Assembly: GCF_964204645.1 (NCBI RefSeq)
Contig: NC_134025.1
Location: forward strand, 28,438,299-28,502,298
Length of the DNA: 64,000 nucleotides
Source: Tubulanus polymorphus
Taxonomy: Eukaryota; Animalia; Nemertea
Direction of reading: 5' to 3'
A model generated the notes under the pieces. The model saw only the letters and a list, made by a program, of their open reading frames with translations, did no database searches and was not told where the DNA came from. How positions within the stretch are numbered: the first letter of the stretch is position 1; every line of letters begins with the position of its first letter. The position numbers were made by a program, and so were the translations under genes. Below, one piece after another: positions 28,401-43,500 of this stretch.

Positions 28401-30240
28401 ATCAATCTCGTTTAACGACCGACATGAGCCTTCGAACGTTGTCACCGTCGATTATAACGACATTACTCGAGAATACCAACTGGAAATCGGAGCTGAGTCA
28501 GTTTAAAGTGACTCCGTCGAGTAGAAGCGGTAGTTCACTGGGCGAAACGTCTCCCGATTCACTGCGATTGTCGATGAAACAATTAGATACGAGTAAAGAT
28601 CTAACCCAGTACGTCGCGTCGCCAGGAGAAAGTGATCAATCTCTGAAAAGCGCCGATTTAACTAGTGATAGACCTGAAGCGTCACCAGCTCATTCTACTG
28701 ATTCCAACTCTAAAGCCGATTTGACGCAATACGCTATTCAGACATCGGATGCTCCTGTAGACACCACTGTTAGAACTAGCGAAGATGAGGCTAAAATTAC
28801 TCAACATCCCTTAGAAGTTTCGGAAAGTCTTACGTCTTTAAAATCGAGTTCCGACGAGGGTAAAATGAGCCAGTATCCTCTCGATACGACCGAGCATTCA
28901 TCACCGCATTCTGAGATCGTCAGTTTATACCCGTTAGAAACGAGTCCGGAATCTTCATCCGTTCAGAGTGAAATCGTCACGCAGTATAAAGTTGAAGACA
29001 CGACTGGTAGGACTGATGATGAACAGATCGCGGATCTCGATGAATCTGTAACTCAGCATCCTATCGATTCTACCGTAGCGTCGACGACAATTCAGTCGGA
29101 CGAAGTTGACGAGCAGTCGTTCAAAATTCCTGCATTAGATAACTCTGGTGTCAGTACAGTACAATCCGTACAAAGCGGATCCTTAGCATCGACGTTCGGT
29201 CCTGTACTGACGGCGTCGGATTCATCTACAAAACAAACTACCGCGTCTTCTACATCTCTATGGTTGTCATCGTCGAATTCGAAGGTCGATGCTTTGGACG
29301 ATGTGGACGGTCCGATTAACCGGACGGAAGAGGCTGCTAAACGAGAAGTCGAGGTTGATGTAGTAGATGGATTGGAAGGTGCAGTAGGATATGATTCAAC
29401 TGTTGCATCGATCAGTCAGTATCCGCTAGACGATACGATCATCGCTAAAATGACTGAAAATAGCTCTAAATGGGTGAGTATTATTAATAGAAAAACAATT
29501 GCCTATAGTTACATTAAAGATATTCACAGAATTATTAATTGATGATGTTTAGCTCGCCGCTGAAGACGACACGGGAATCTTAGAAGAACCGGATATGACG
29601 TTCTCGTCATTGCTGTCTTCATCGACGATTCATGATTCGACGTTAACGAGTTTACCCGGCGAAGAACCTTCCCCGTCGCTGATGTCATTCGAACAACACG
29701 AACTCAGCCTTCAAACGACGAACGCAAGCGTACGGGCCGATCAGGAAACGGATTCGAATGCGGGTAAAGATCTTGATACACTTCTCACTGTGAGGAATTA
29801 TCGATAATGAGCTCATGCGATGTGATTTTATGTTGATTTAGATTCGGGTAGCTCCACAAAAACTTCAGCTGACCGAAAAAAAACGGAAAAGGAAATGCTT
29901 GATAGGAACAAGAGGTATGTATCAGGTTTATCCAAATGCGTAATCCACATTCATATACTAATTAACTGGTGAATTGTTTACAAAATTAAAGTAAAATCAT
30001 TGTTTTGTAGGATTTATAATAAACTGGAAGAGGTCAAACAAAAACGTGTTGAACAAGAGCGACAAAAGCAGTACGCTGAAAATCGGCAAAAAGCTAAAGA
30101 ATTTCAAAAGGTAAGTAATATATGGATATTCTAATCTTCATCATTCAGTTGCTATTTATTGTTGATGATTTTCTGAATGGAAGAATTATGATTTATCATT
30201 CCAGAAAGTGCGAGAAAGTTTGCTAAAGAAAAAGACTTAG
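22473..30240 (+). CDS. CEP295: Centrosomal protein CEP295/Ana1-like
   Basis: N-terminus RLSPNE...EEHERRKKLRIIQVREQ; KANLRGKHAL; HELSTIQEVETP; GILEEPDMT; C-terminal ALMS-type motif EKEMLDRNKRIYNKLEEVK...YAENRQKAKEFQKK; two large Ser-rich exons. Confidence 0.85.
23426..23683. mobile_element. Degenerate MITE, CAGGGT-end family with AAAATCAGGGAATT-like internal repeats
   Basis: Left end CAGGGTTCCTAC and degenerate right end GTAAAAACACTG, in a CEP295 intron; related to elements at 33582, 51478 and 52453. Confidence 0.55.
23875..24012. mobile_element. Hairpin MITE (CAGGACCCAGTTCCACA TIR family), copy 1
   Basis: TATAACAAACACCAGGACCCAGTTCCACA ... TGTGGAACTTGGTCCTGGTGTTTGTTATA; the interior is homologous to 61028-61141. 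Confidence 0.8.
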
Positions 30241-30881
30241 ATATGATGCCCACAGCCCAAGAGGAGCTAGATGTTAGCACGGATATTACTGTGATTAGAA
30301 TAGTATAAGATATCTGTATTATATACACTTATATTAGTCACTTTCTGTACTTAAAACATTGCTTAACTACTTAACGCAATTGTACTTAAAAATAAATTTA
30401 ATTAACAGTAGTAGTGATATATTATATTCACGTTTTTTTTGTTGCTCATATGGTAGTTTTACAAAAAATAACATTACCTAATTTCAAGCTTTGGTGACTA
30501 TTTTAATGAGTTTTGTAGTATTTGAGGTGTTGGATGTGTATTTGAATTGTACGTAGTTGGATGTGGATTTTGTGAAAAACAATAGGTTTATTGATACCTT
30601 AATTCTATAAAATGGAAAGTTTACTGTTCTATGTAAATATTTTTAACTTGTCAGCTGGTCTGACTCGTAACAAATTATATCAAATAAATATGCTCTTGAA
30701 AATTTCACTTCATTTCTTATTTATATTTATCTACAAAGTGTGTTCCACTCGAGGAAAAGGAGCCTGTTTGTTATAGAATTAAGGAAATTTAATCATCGGG
30801 AAACTTTTCCTGTATTAATGAGGGATTCGAACCAGAGTATGGAGTTGTAGCTGCACCACATTGCATCAGAATAGATCAAAA

Positions 30882-33800
30882 ATGGCCGCCGAACCGTATG
30901 TACAGGGACAGCCCCATCTTTCAAGACAAGATCTTTCTAATTTAGTAAGTCTATCCGTCTTTTTCAAATTATTGAGAAGCAAAGAAATGAAAGTATTATC
31001 TATTGATAGAAGTTTCCCGCTCACTTAAAGTTTAAAAAACGGGTAATTGTGCGTTTAAATGCTAACCGGCTGTTCATACAAATAGTCTGCGTTTAAACGT
31101 TCAGTTTGTGTCACATTATCTACAGCAATATGTTTTATTATAGTTCGGTTATTGCAAGCAGTATTCGGCTTAACGCTTTGATAGTTCTTGAAAGGTCATC
31201 CTTGAAACTTAAAAGTGATTTTCTCATTCAAAAGTTCTGTCAATATGAGGTCAATATTCTCTGCAGATCCACTACACACTAGAAATAGAATTAGATCCCC
31301 TCTGTCTGGCCTGCATTAAGGCTTAGTGCTTGCTGAAATCTCTCTTTTTGCTCCATTTATTGCCCCTCATTGCTATGTTCCTTTTTTGATATAGGTTATA
31401 GAGAAATTGACTCCTTTAACTCCAGAAGTTATCAGTCGACAAGCTACTATTAATATTGGTAAGTTTAAGATACCATATACAATAGTCTGGATTACCATGG
31501 CTAAGAAGCCTATAGATGTTTGTTTTCTGTCTAGGTACTATTGGTCATGTAGCTCATGGTAAATCTACGGTTGTTAAAGCGATATCAGGTGTACAGGTAA
31601 AAATAGAATGACTGTTGAATTACTCTTAAATTAAGAAGAATTTAATTGAACTTTACAAAAATGATTTTATTATTTTCAGACTGTTCGATTCAAAAATGAA
31701 TTAGTGAGAAACATCACAATCAAATTAGGATATGCAAATGCAAAGGTGTGTTGAGATGATGGTCTGAATTTTTTGGATTTCAGCTCGAATAATAATTTTG
31801 AATAATAATTTTCTATTTTCAGATTTATAAATGTAGTAATAAAGCTTGTCCTCGGCCTAGTTGTTATCGATCGTGCGGTAGTTCTAAAGAGGATGACTTC
31901 CCTTGCGATAGACAAGGATGTTCCGGTAGATTTCAGTTATTGAGACATGTATCATTCGTCGATTGTCCCGGTCACGACATTCTTATGGCTACGATGTTGA
32001 ATGGTGCTGCTGTCATGGATGCTGCTCTACTTTTAATTGGTAGGTCTCCTTTGCAACCGTTACCTGTTGGTTTCAATAGACATCTATTGATGTAATAATG
32101 TCAATGATCACATTAATTGTGGATTTTCGCACCTAGAAACTCCATTTCACTCTTATTAGATTAATTTATAAGTTAGTTTTCAAGGGAGTCTTCGTCATCA
32201 GATCTTGGAATTGTGTTACAATCTTTGTATTTGATTGTTGATTGTGCAATTTGTTTTTAGCCGGAAATGAATCGTGTCCTCAGCCTCAGACGTCTGAACA
32301 TTTAGCCGCTATTGAAATTATGAAATTGAAACACATTCTGATTCTACAAAACAAAATAGATTTAGTGAAAGAAAGTCAAGCCAAAGAACAGTACGAACAC
32401 ATCCTCAAATTTGTTGAAGGTAAATGATTCTTGAAGTGTAATGGCTTGTTATCTTTATGTGAGTATTGGAATAATAATTAAATGTGAATATTTTTGTAGG
32501 AACTATCGCTGAAGGAGCTCCAATCATACCAATCTCAGCACAGCTTAAATATAATATCGAAGTAGTAGCTGAATATATAGTTAAAAAGATACCAGTTCCG
32601 ATCAGAGACTTTACGTCAGAACCTAGACTTATAGGTCTGTATTAAAATCAACCGCGACCAACATAATGGGAATGACGTATTTATTATATGTTGATGATTG
32701 TTATTTCAGTAATTCGTTCTTTTGATGTAAATAAACCTGGGTTCGAAGTGGATGATTTGAAAGGTGGTGTAGCTGGTGGAAGTATACTTAGAGGTGTTTT
32801 AAAGGTATGTATATATCCGAAAACTCAAATTACAGATTGAATTCATATCAGTTTATACCGTGTTCTCTATTTCTGCAGGTTGGGCAGGAGATCGAAGTTC
32901 GACCGGGCATTGTCTCTAAAGATGAGGATGGTAAATTATCGTGTAAACCTATATTTTCGAGGATCGTATCTTTGTACGCAGAACAGAATGATCTTCTTTA
33001 CGCTGTTCCTGGTGGATTGATCGGTGAGTTAAAAATTTTCATGATTCAAGCTCCTTTTCTCTCACTATAAAGCATCAGTCATTCAGCGCAATGTGAATTT
33101 GGATTGGTTCATTCAGGTGTCGGAACGAAAATCGATCCAACTTTGTGCAGAGCGGATCGTATGATCGGACATGTTCTCGGAGCAGTAGGTACCTTGCCCG
33201 AAATCTACACGGAATTAGAAATATCGTACTTCAGATTGAGAAGATTGCTAGGTGTAAAGACCGAAGGAGACAAGAAAGGGGCAAAGGTGAAATGAATGAT
33301 GATTTCGCGTTACTCGTGGTTTGTTGAGACGATTGATGTAAATGTACTTACTAGATGTTCGTATCGATTTTTCAGGTGCAAAAATTAGCGAAAGGAGAAA
33401 TATTGATGGTAAACATCGGTTCGTTATCGAGCGGTGGTCGAGTTATAGCCGTTAAATCTGAATTAAAACTCGCTAAAATCGGTTTGACGAATCCAGTATG
33501 TACGGAAATCGGCGAAAAAATTGCACTGAGTCGACGAGTAGAGAAACATTGGAGGTTTGTATTAATTATGCTGTAATCGTGCTGAGTGGCTACTCACCTG
33601 GAAAACTTGGGAAATTAGAAAAAATCAGGGAATTTGTCAAATTTTACCTAAAACCTAGAAACTCAGGGAATTCAGATGATGCTAATAACCTTGGAATTTC
33701 TAGAACTTTGGAAAAGAATGGGGAAAACTCTGGGAATTTGTAAATGGGCAGAATGTGGCCACCCTGTTATATACCTGGTATTGCGTCTTTGATGTGAGAA

Positions 33801-33899
33801 AGGATATTAAATGTTTGTTATTGAATATTTATCAGGTTGATCGGTTGGGGAGAAATCCGAAGAGGAGTTACTATTAAACCGGACACCGGTGGAAATTAA
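30882..33899 (+). CDS. EIF2S3: Translation initiation factor eIF2 gamma
   Basis: [77 protein letters not shown]. Confidence 0.97.
33582..33766. mobile_element. Degenerate MITE, CAGGGT-end family, in the last EIF2S3 intron
   Basis: Right end GTGGCCACCCTG, degenerate left end CTGAGTGGCTAC, repeated AAA(A/C)TCAGGGAATT units. Confidence 0.6.
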
Positions 33900-34965
33900 A
33901 CATCTCACCGAATTACGTGAAACAATGATACAGAAAATTTCAATCTGCGAATATAAACATTATCAAATAAAAGTCATTTTACAGGGATTTATTTGATGCC
34001 TCTTTCTATGTCGGCTGGTTTGTGGCGTGTCTGTAAGGGAATGAAATCTCGACATTGTGTACATGGTATTAAATGATTTTGATGGTTTGCTTAGAAAAAA
34101 CATTTATTTCTGAACATTTATTACAATTACTTCCACCTGGTAAGGTTCGATAAGTGCTTTTCCACAAGATGGTAAATTCTCGATGAAAGATTTCTGCGGT
34201 CAGAGATTTGGAAGAATAAGCAGAAACTTCCAAATGCATCAAACCAATGCGGAAGTAGATCATTTCCTTTCTGGAAGCGGAGGACAATCGTAGAAGGCCA
34301 ACGATGAGTCGAAACTAAAACAGGCAGCTAAATGATTAAACACAACACCGAGTAATTCTGTCAAATCATTTTATAATATATACTTATATATTTGTGATTT
34401 AAATATGTCACATAAAAATAAGAAATGTCTGTTTATTTACACACAAAATGCAACAGATGAATGGATGACTGCACCATAACATCTATACATATAATAGAGT
34501 TAATTAGCATAAACATAAACATCTGTAACATCAACATCCAACAATATTTTACTTATTAGAGGCCATTCTTTCAAGATAGTACATCCACATCCATGGGGTA
34601 AAGGTCAATTCTTGATGTTGGTACATCAAGGATTGAAAAACAGCAAAACTTAAAGCATGTTCTTTATGAATGACCCCTACTTCATGAACGCAGATAGCTG
34701 ACAATTAATTATTTAGGAAGACGGTTTACACATTGAGCTACGAGGGATAGACGAGAATATTCAACACTGCAAGAGAGACATCTATTGAGCAAATACATCA
34801 CTGCACAAATGACGTCAGCAGTATTTATAAATCTGACTGAAGTGATCAAGATCCACCTCTATTGGGTTTAGTACGTGTTAGAATGAGAAGCAGTAAATTC
34901 ATATGGCCACAAATTCATTAAACGACACTGAAATAAATGACTATTTACCACCATAAATACTTCTA

Positions 34966-35138
34966 CAGTAGAATCCGCTTAATTCGGATTATTTCGGACC
35001 AACAAAATTCATCCGGTTTACGGGAAATCCGGATTAAAATTTATTTTCTTGTATGTTAGTGAACGTATGGACTGCAAATATTATCTGCATTAGACAAAAT
35101 TCTAGATCAAGCCGATCCAGATTTAGTGAGTTTGATTG
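34966..35138. mobile_element. Degenerate pogo/Tigger-like MITE
   Basis: TA|CAGTAGAATCCGCTTAATTCGGA ... TCCAGATTTAGTGAGTTTGATTG|TA, with internal ATCCGG(A/T)TTA repeats; lies 3' of the SFT2D stop codon. Confidence 0.55.
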
Positions 35139-35877
35139 TATAATGTGTCGATTAACATTGAAAAAACTACAACACTTATTCATTTAGAAAAATGGCACCG
35201 AATTATATCAAATTGGACTCCATTGAAATAAGCCATTTGAAAAGTCTTTAGCATCTGGAGTACATATCGACATGCAGTGGTGTAAGTACATCCACAAATT
35301 TTTCATATAATTCCATTAAAATTGAAACCAAATTCATAATTATTTTACAAACAATGGGTTGCTTAAAAGATTTTTCCGTTTGAAAAAACCTATTTCTGAA
35401 CACTTATTATTACATTTACTCCCACCACCACCTACTAGTTCAAAAATCTCAATTCACTTGTAATACTTGTACAAAATTGAAGAATTCAACCACAAGATCA
35501 GTAGTAACCACTAAACAGAAATGGCAAACAAACTACGTCCAGATGTTCATCTATTCTTTAACATTATTTATATAGTAGGTATATATTATACTTTAGATAC
35601 AAAATGTTGATGCAAAGCACTCAAATTTTGTTATTCCTTCCTATAAGCACATTAAAAAATTGGCCGCAAATTTCAGCGAGACAGTAGAGTAGGGTAAATG
35701 TAAATGAGGATATCAGGAACGCTGTACTCAGTGATGTGTCTGGATGGATGATACATTCATATGTATATAACATCTCGAAAAATTATATAGTCTCCACATA
35801 AAAATATTCAGAATTTTCGCTCTTGGTATAAAAGTGGCGTACAATAAATATCAGTTTTGTTCTCGTTTTATTCGTCG

Positions 35878-37187
<1,310 letters not shown>

Positions 37188-37560
37188 GTTTCCGACTCGT
37201 CCTTGGATGTTTTAATACCGATAAACCCGAAAATATTGAGTAAACGTACACTTTATAGACTCTTTTTAAACCCGGAAATGAGGAATGGGGATATCCCACT
37301 CATTTGCCACAGGTGGCTGAATCGCGACCTGGCTATTTATTCAATATCTCATCAACCCCTCTGTTGAGAAAGAAATATACCAATGGCAGAGGGAGGAACT
37401 TTACAAAACGCAACAGCCAAATTATACGGTGGGAAAGAGTTCACTGGTTGAAAGTGGGTTGCTTTCATTCAATGCTTGTGTAGTAAGTTGTGAAAGTTTT
37501 AAATGGATTGCACCTGAAGGGCTGTAACTATGACTCTGAGTATGGCGAGTTAAAGAGAGG

Positions 37561-40500
37561 ATGCCGTTTCATAAACGCGTAGTGCAACCTCAGAAAATCT
37601 ACCAGAGTGAAACTTTATCTATAAAAGAAGGAAACCGTGACACTATCGATGGAGAAGTAAGGTCTGGGAATTTGATTTTCATAAACGGATTGTTAAATCA
37701 GCTGTGTTCTCTAGCTAAACATGCCGATGACCTATTTGCTGATTTAGAAACCGAATGCAAAGCAGTTGTAGATCATACGAACTCAGTGAGAAGAAAATGT
37801 GCATTGCTCGAAGAAAAGTGTCTGAAACTTAACCACAAGACAGTTAAGATACGTAAGTGAAATTAATATGAAGCACTTTGCCAATTGGTCTTGTTTTCTT
37901 GTATTATTGGGTTTGGTTAATTAAAGCTTTTACGATTGACATTTCTACTATTCAAGACCAACAAATAATTGGACGATAAAAAGTTTTACGATAAAAGGTT
38001 CGATGAAGATCAAAGGAACAGGTTTTGAACGGAGTTTTTATCTTGCTTTTTCTTAAAAAGGTCAAGCACATTCTGCTAAGCCTAGTTGTTCAGGTCAAGC
38101 ATGGATTTAAACTTCATAATTATTTCCGTTGCCTGAACGGAATTATTACCTGAGGGTGAAAACTCCACTATAGCGCTGGTGTGAAATTATAACCTTTGAT
38201 TGTGTTTATCAATAGCTGTGCATGCTGATTTCATGAAAAGTTTTCGAATTAAATTTAATTCGTTGACGAAGCATGACTAGGCTATATTGCAAATGCATGG
38301 TATTTCATTTAGAGATGAGATAGGACACTGCACTGATCTCAATGAAACGTTGTTCATAGCCAACTGTCTTGTATTGATTGTGATAAGCAATAATTAAATG
38401 CATCTGTGCTACAGAATAATAAATATACTAATACTGATAGTAAATGAAGACACCTGTTACCCAACCATATACTCAATCATTGAGTCTGTGCTTCACGGTT
38501 CATCTGTGAGTCATTTCACTGCCACATCCTAACTGACTACAAAATTATGTAATTGCAATAAAAACAACTTTATTAATTGTTTAATGCTTGTCTTAACCCT
38601 AGTCAGTGCAGTCAGTCATATATCAATGAATATGGATGTAACTATAGTGTTTTCCAACTTATTTGATTGTCGTTTGTTGATGCTAGGCTATTGGATACTA
38701 CGAGCTTGCTGTAGGCTATGCCTAAGTCCCACATGTACTGTTACAATGGTTTTTGATTAATTGGTTATTACTTTCCAATTATCCTCAAACGCTAATGATA
38801 GAAAGCTTGATGTATTGACGGAATTTCTTCAGTGAACATGTCATTTTAAGGGCAATTAAAATTTCCAAGCATGGCAGTAAAATTTATAAGGTTATTTGTT
38901 TTCAATCTTGTTTAAAGTAGTTATGACCTCGAATGCCTATTCAATATTTAATGGTCATTGCGGCCTAATTTACATGTCACATGTTTGTATGTAAGTTTCA
39001 GTGCTAACCTTATGATATAGTGTTCATTGTCATTTCTGTTCAGTGTTGTATTTTGTTGTTAAATCTCTGCAAAGAAAGGTCAGTTTTTCACGGCAATTTC
39101 ATTTGCCCTTTATTAATTGATTTGTGTGGCTTGGTATTTGGGATATTCAGAAATTTAGTGACACCGAAGATAGCATCGATATTTAGTCAGCTGTGAATTA
39201 TTACTATCACATTGCATACATCCAGATCATCATATAGGAATTCTTGATTTCATTAGACTTAAAACTCCTATTCAGGATGTATCTTCGGTCCAACTGTAGG
39301 AATAGTAAGTAGGAAGCAGTTGTGAAATGTTCAAAAAATAATTTCTTCGGCAAAATCTATTATGAATAATTTACTGACTACATAGCCTAAGTTCTGCGTT
39401 CTCTAAGTAAGCAATAGTTGAATAATGCAGAGGTACTCGTTTAATTAGATTTTCAATCAATTTCAGCGGAAGCCACTTAACCATTACTCTATTTTATTTC
39501 CATTTCTACGGTTAGAACTTTATAGTTTTCCGAGCTTGAATAATTGATAATATTGATTGGCACTCGAGAATTTCAGTGTTGTTCCATTTAGAAAGCTTTG
39601 TCCCGTTTGGTAGTTATAAATGGCTGCGTTTGTTTGTCCAAATTCAATGTTTAAAGCAGCTAAAATGTCACATTTAATGATGAATGGCACCTGGTTCGGA
39701 TTGTTCCTTTTAACATCTATTTATTCGCATAATAATAATCTTTCATTTACGATTCATTGATATTTCTGATGCAGCTGCAAACAGAACTAAATCATTTCGT
39801 CTTGACAATAGATATTAGCTCTACAGCGAGCTGAAACTGGCGACGGTATGAAATAATGTTTCCGTGTCACCTAACTAGATTCTCGTTATTCATTTCAAGA
39901 GTCTTCTCATTTATCGGCAGAAAAGACAACTTAGATAAAATGTCTCGCTGCTCATCCTCTGTCTCAGCTGACACTAGATTTATCTACCTATGCCTATAAC
40001 TCATCGAGTAACATATTGCATTTTTTACTTCGAATGCCTTTTCTAAACAGTGGCGATAGCCTCTTTATAATCTTCTATTTAAGCATGATTTGTGTTTCAT
40101 GCGGACAAAAAGGTATTTCTATTTGACGTTGGTTGTATGGCCGTTTTATAGAATCGAGGGTTCTTTAATGACAATGTTACGACATCCTTTCATGTATGGT
40201 ATAGCCCACGCTGCTTTTAAAAATTCACCTAGTCTTGAAAGGGAATATATACTTACACGTTTGAAACAGATGTTGTATAGCTGGTGTATGATATAGAAGA
40301 GGAGTCTGTCTATCTAGGGGATTTAAATGTTCAGGCCACTATGGATTATAAAGGTATAAAGTTTTTATCTCACTGGTGACAGTTTGTATATGTGTCATGC
40401 TTGTAATATACGTGTCTTATCTGTCGTACGGACTTTCCGAGGAGATTTATTGCATAAAACATTATCAGAAATTAGATTAAGGCCTAGTTAGAATCTATTT

Positions 40501-43500
40501 TCGATTTCGTCTAGTGAAATGTGGTAGATAATATGATTATATACTATTGTAAGAGGTATGAGAGCGTTGTATAGGGCCTATGCGCTATAGGACTCGGACT
40601 TGAACAGATGACAAATAGTTCAATATTTGGTCAAGCATGTTCATGTCATGTCAATAGGACGTGTTATGAGAATGAGGGACAATGAATAAGTCTATGTTGG
40701 GTTTTGAACTATGTTATGATGAAGGGGTTTCGTAAAGTGAAAGCCATTCATGACTTCATTGATTAATAATTGATCTGCTTCAGTTTATCAGACTGGTAAT
40801 TAGTTACCGGGTTTACCTTCCTGTTACATTGTTCTGTGTGAGCTACGTGAACCTAACTTGGATTGTCTAAACAAATTATAACAAGCGTCTAAAAGGGTTT
40901 ACCTTTCTTATAACAGTAGCTTTTTAAAACTGGGTTAAGTTCAAAATGCGGTATTCATGGGTTTGTGTGAACTGGTACAGTTTATTGTACAATATAGAAG
41001 AGGGCTTGTTAGGTTTTAATTGTCATTTTTTCTAGGCCGACTAGCGAAGAAAAACATCGAAAAATCTTTTAAAAAATGTTTCCCCCCCACTGTGAAAGAG
41101 TTGTTGTCATTAGCTTGGTAACTCAGTTGTATATGTGTACTTATTAGTTAGAAAATGTTGGTTAAAATCTCTTGAACCTGAAACGCTCGGTTTTAGTTTG
41201 AATTAGTTCCGCTGTTCATTAAATTGAAAGTTACTAACAATCTGTCGCCGCACATATGGGGCAATTAGAATTTGTCTGAGTCACGTATTGTGCTCACGCG
41301 AGTGAATTTTCAATTATAAATTCATGAACTTTTTGTAACGCACAGATGATAAGTATTCTAAAGCTTCCGCTGGCACCGACATTGAAGTATCTGTCGAGTG
41401 CCTTCTTCAGTTGACAATATAGATATATACGTGTATCTATCCAGTTACATCGTTTCACATTTCATGTATTCATTGTAAATCACTAGAAAAAAACATCTCT
41501 AAAATATCTAATGATAGAAATGACACATAAGGCTAAAGAGAAATGAAACCTCGTTTCTCCTTATCACCCTAAACTGCAATAAGATCAGTTTATTTCTATA
41601 GCTGCTGGGTCTGTTATAGTTAGCTTGATCATGAATTAACCCTTTCAGTGCGTCTACACCGCAGTGCGGTGTATAAATCAGTGATGGATTTTGCTAGTAC
41701 ACCGCACTGCCGTGTATTGATGTAATTAGTAATTTGTAATTATCTCTATTGAAAAATGGCAGCAAGTGTCAAACATAGTGAAATAATAGTAACTAACGAT
41801 ACACCGCACTGCGGTGTAGACGCACTATAGTGGTATTCCCATTGTTCAACACACTAGGGTGGAATTTTTGAGAATTTTCAAATTTTCTCCAGCACTATAG
41901 GGTATTAATTAGTCAGCACTGAAAGGGTTAAGAAAAGAAGTTATGAACAGGGTAGATAGGCTGCCTATCATGGGCGGCCGGGTCAACTTTTTATCTCAAC
42001 AGAAATGAGGTATCAATATTTTTATATATTTACTCATTTAAGAAAGTAAAACCTATAAACTTTGTAGCATGTGTATTTAAAGCTGTTCAAAGGGAAAATT
42101 TGTCTTTGAAAAGTTTTTATTTGTCTTATCGTTTGTAGAGGGAATGTCTATGAACCTGTGACCGGTTCGTCTAATTCACGCGTCTATAGCGATATCTCGT
42201 CGGTTATTTTTTTTCAGCCGAGGGAAACTTGACAGAATTTAGCAAACAGTCGAATCACTTTACGACGGGGATTGTAATAGAACAACAGCATTTCTGTGAC
42301 GGGTCACGCCCGAGATGTGTCGACAGTCGATACAACGACGCTACCGCCGACGATAAAGAGAAATTACAACGCGTGCGACTTGTTTACCGCAAAGAGAACA
42401 AATTATCGCTACTAAAATCTGAACCCAAAATACCGAATCTTGAGCTAGAAACAAGAAAGGTAAAGTTACCGTTTATCTTCATCATAGTTTCGCTAACTTT
42501 TTGTTGGTTAACTTCGTGCAAATTGTCCGATTATTTTTCTTTCTCACGTTATTTCAAATTAACTCGATGTTTTCAGCATCGTGTGAGAAATGCTGAAATG
42601 TTAGTATTTTCTTGCTTTAAACGTTTGTTGTGCTTTAAATGTTCTATTTCTTTCTATCCCTCCAGTCATTTCTTATGAGCAGAACTGAACATTTATCACA
42701 GGTATCTTTTGTTTCACCGGTTTCAAGTTATCTTTTTTTTTTCGACGATGAGGTCGCGGAGCAGCGAACAATCTCATGAATATTCTGTAAAAATGTCTGG
42801 TTTTAAAGAGATCTAGTTGCTCTGTGACTAAGTTTTATCAACTAACCGATATAATATTTACTGACACTCTGTGTTGTGTTTGTTACACGGTATTTATTCC
42901 TGTATATTGTGAATGTATGGAAGAAGGAAGGTTTTTGAGAAACCTGCGGCTTTTCTTACAATAAAACCAGTACTAGACTTCTTTACTTCTTTTATGCTAA
43001 CCACGTGTGTGCGTTTTGAGTGATTAATAGTTTTACAAGGAAATCCTCGACGTGTCCTAGACTTGCCCCTTGAAACTCATTGATAACGCCTCTATGCAAT
43101 TTTATACGCCATTCATTCAATGATAAAGGCTTATTTTAGGCAGCAATTTTTCCGCAATTATTCAATTAATCTTAGAAAAAAACAATATCATAAAGGAATA
43201 TAACCCTACGAAATGAAAACTTTAAGGGAGATTTTCGAAACTACTATAAAACGTTGTGATACAGTTATTATGAATGTCTGCATTGATTTACATATATATA
43301 TATATATATATATATATGTTGGGCGGCAGATAATGAAATGTTAGTTCATAGAATCATCGTGGAATACAGTCCACCTGTACACATACATAATACCTTACTC
43401 ACAACGAATTAAAGTCAACACACACAAAAACGTCAGCTTGTTTTTAGCACATGTTTGAGTCTCATATTCATCTGTACCCTTGGTAACTCATTTATTTCGC

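Noticed and set aside
30805-30870. tRNA gene suggested by a perfect minus-strand B-box
   Set aside because: A-box to B-box spacing is too short, with no anticodon arm or acceptor stem; kept only as an orphan B-box.
34285-34330. GATGAGTCGAAAC resembling a Penelope-type minimal hammerhead
   Set aside because: No CUGANGA core in the right place and no supporting retroelement ORF.
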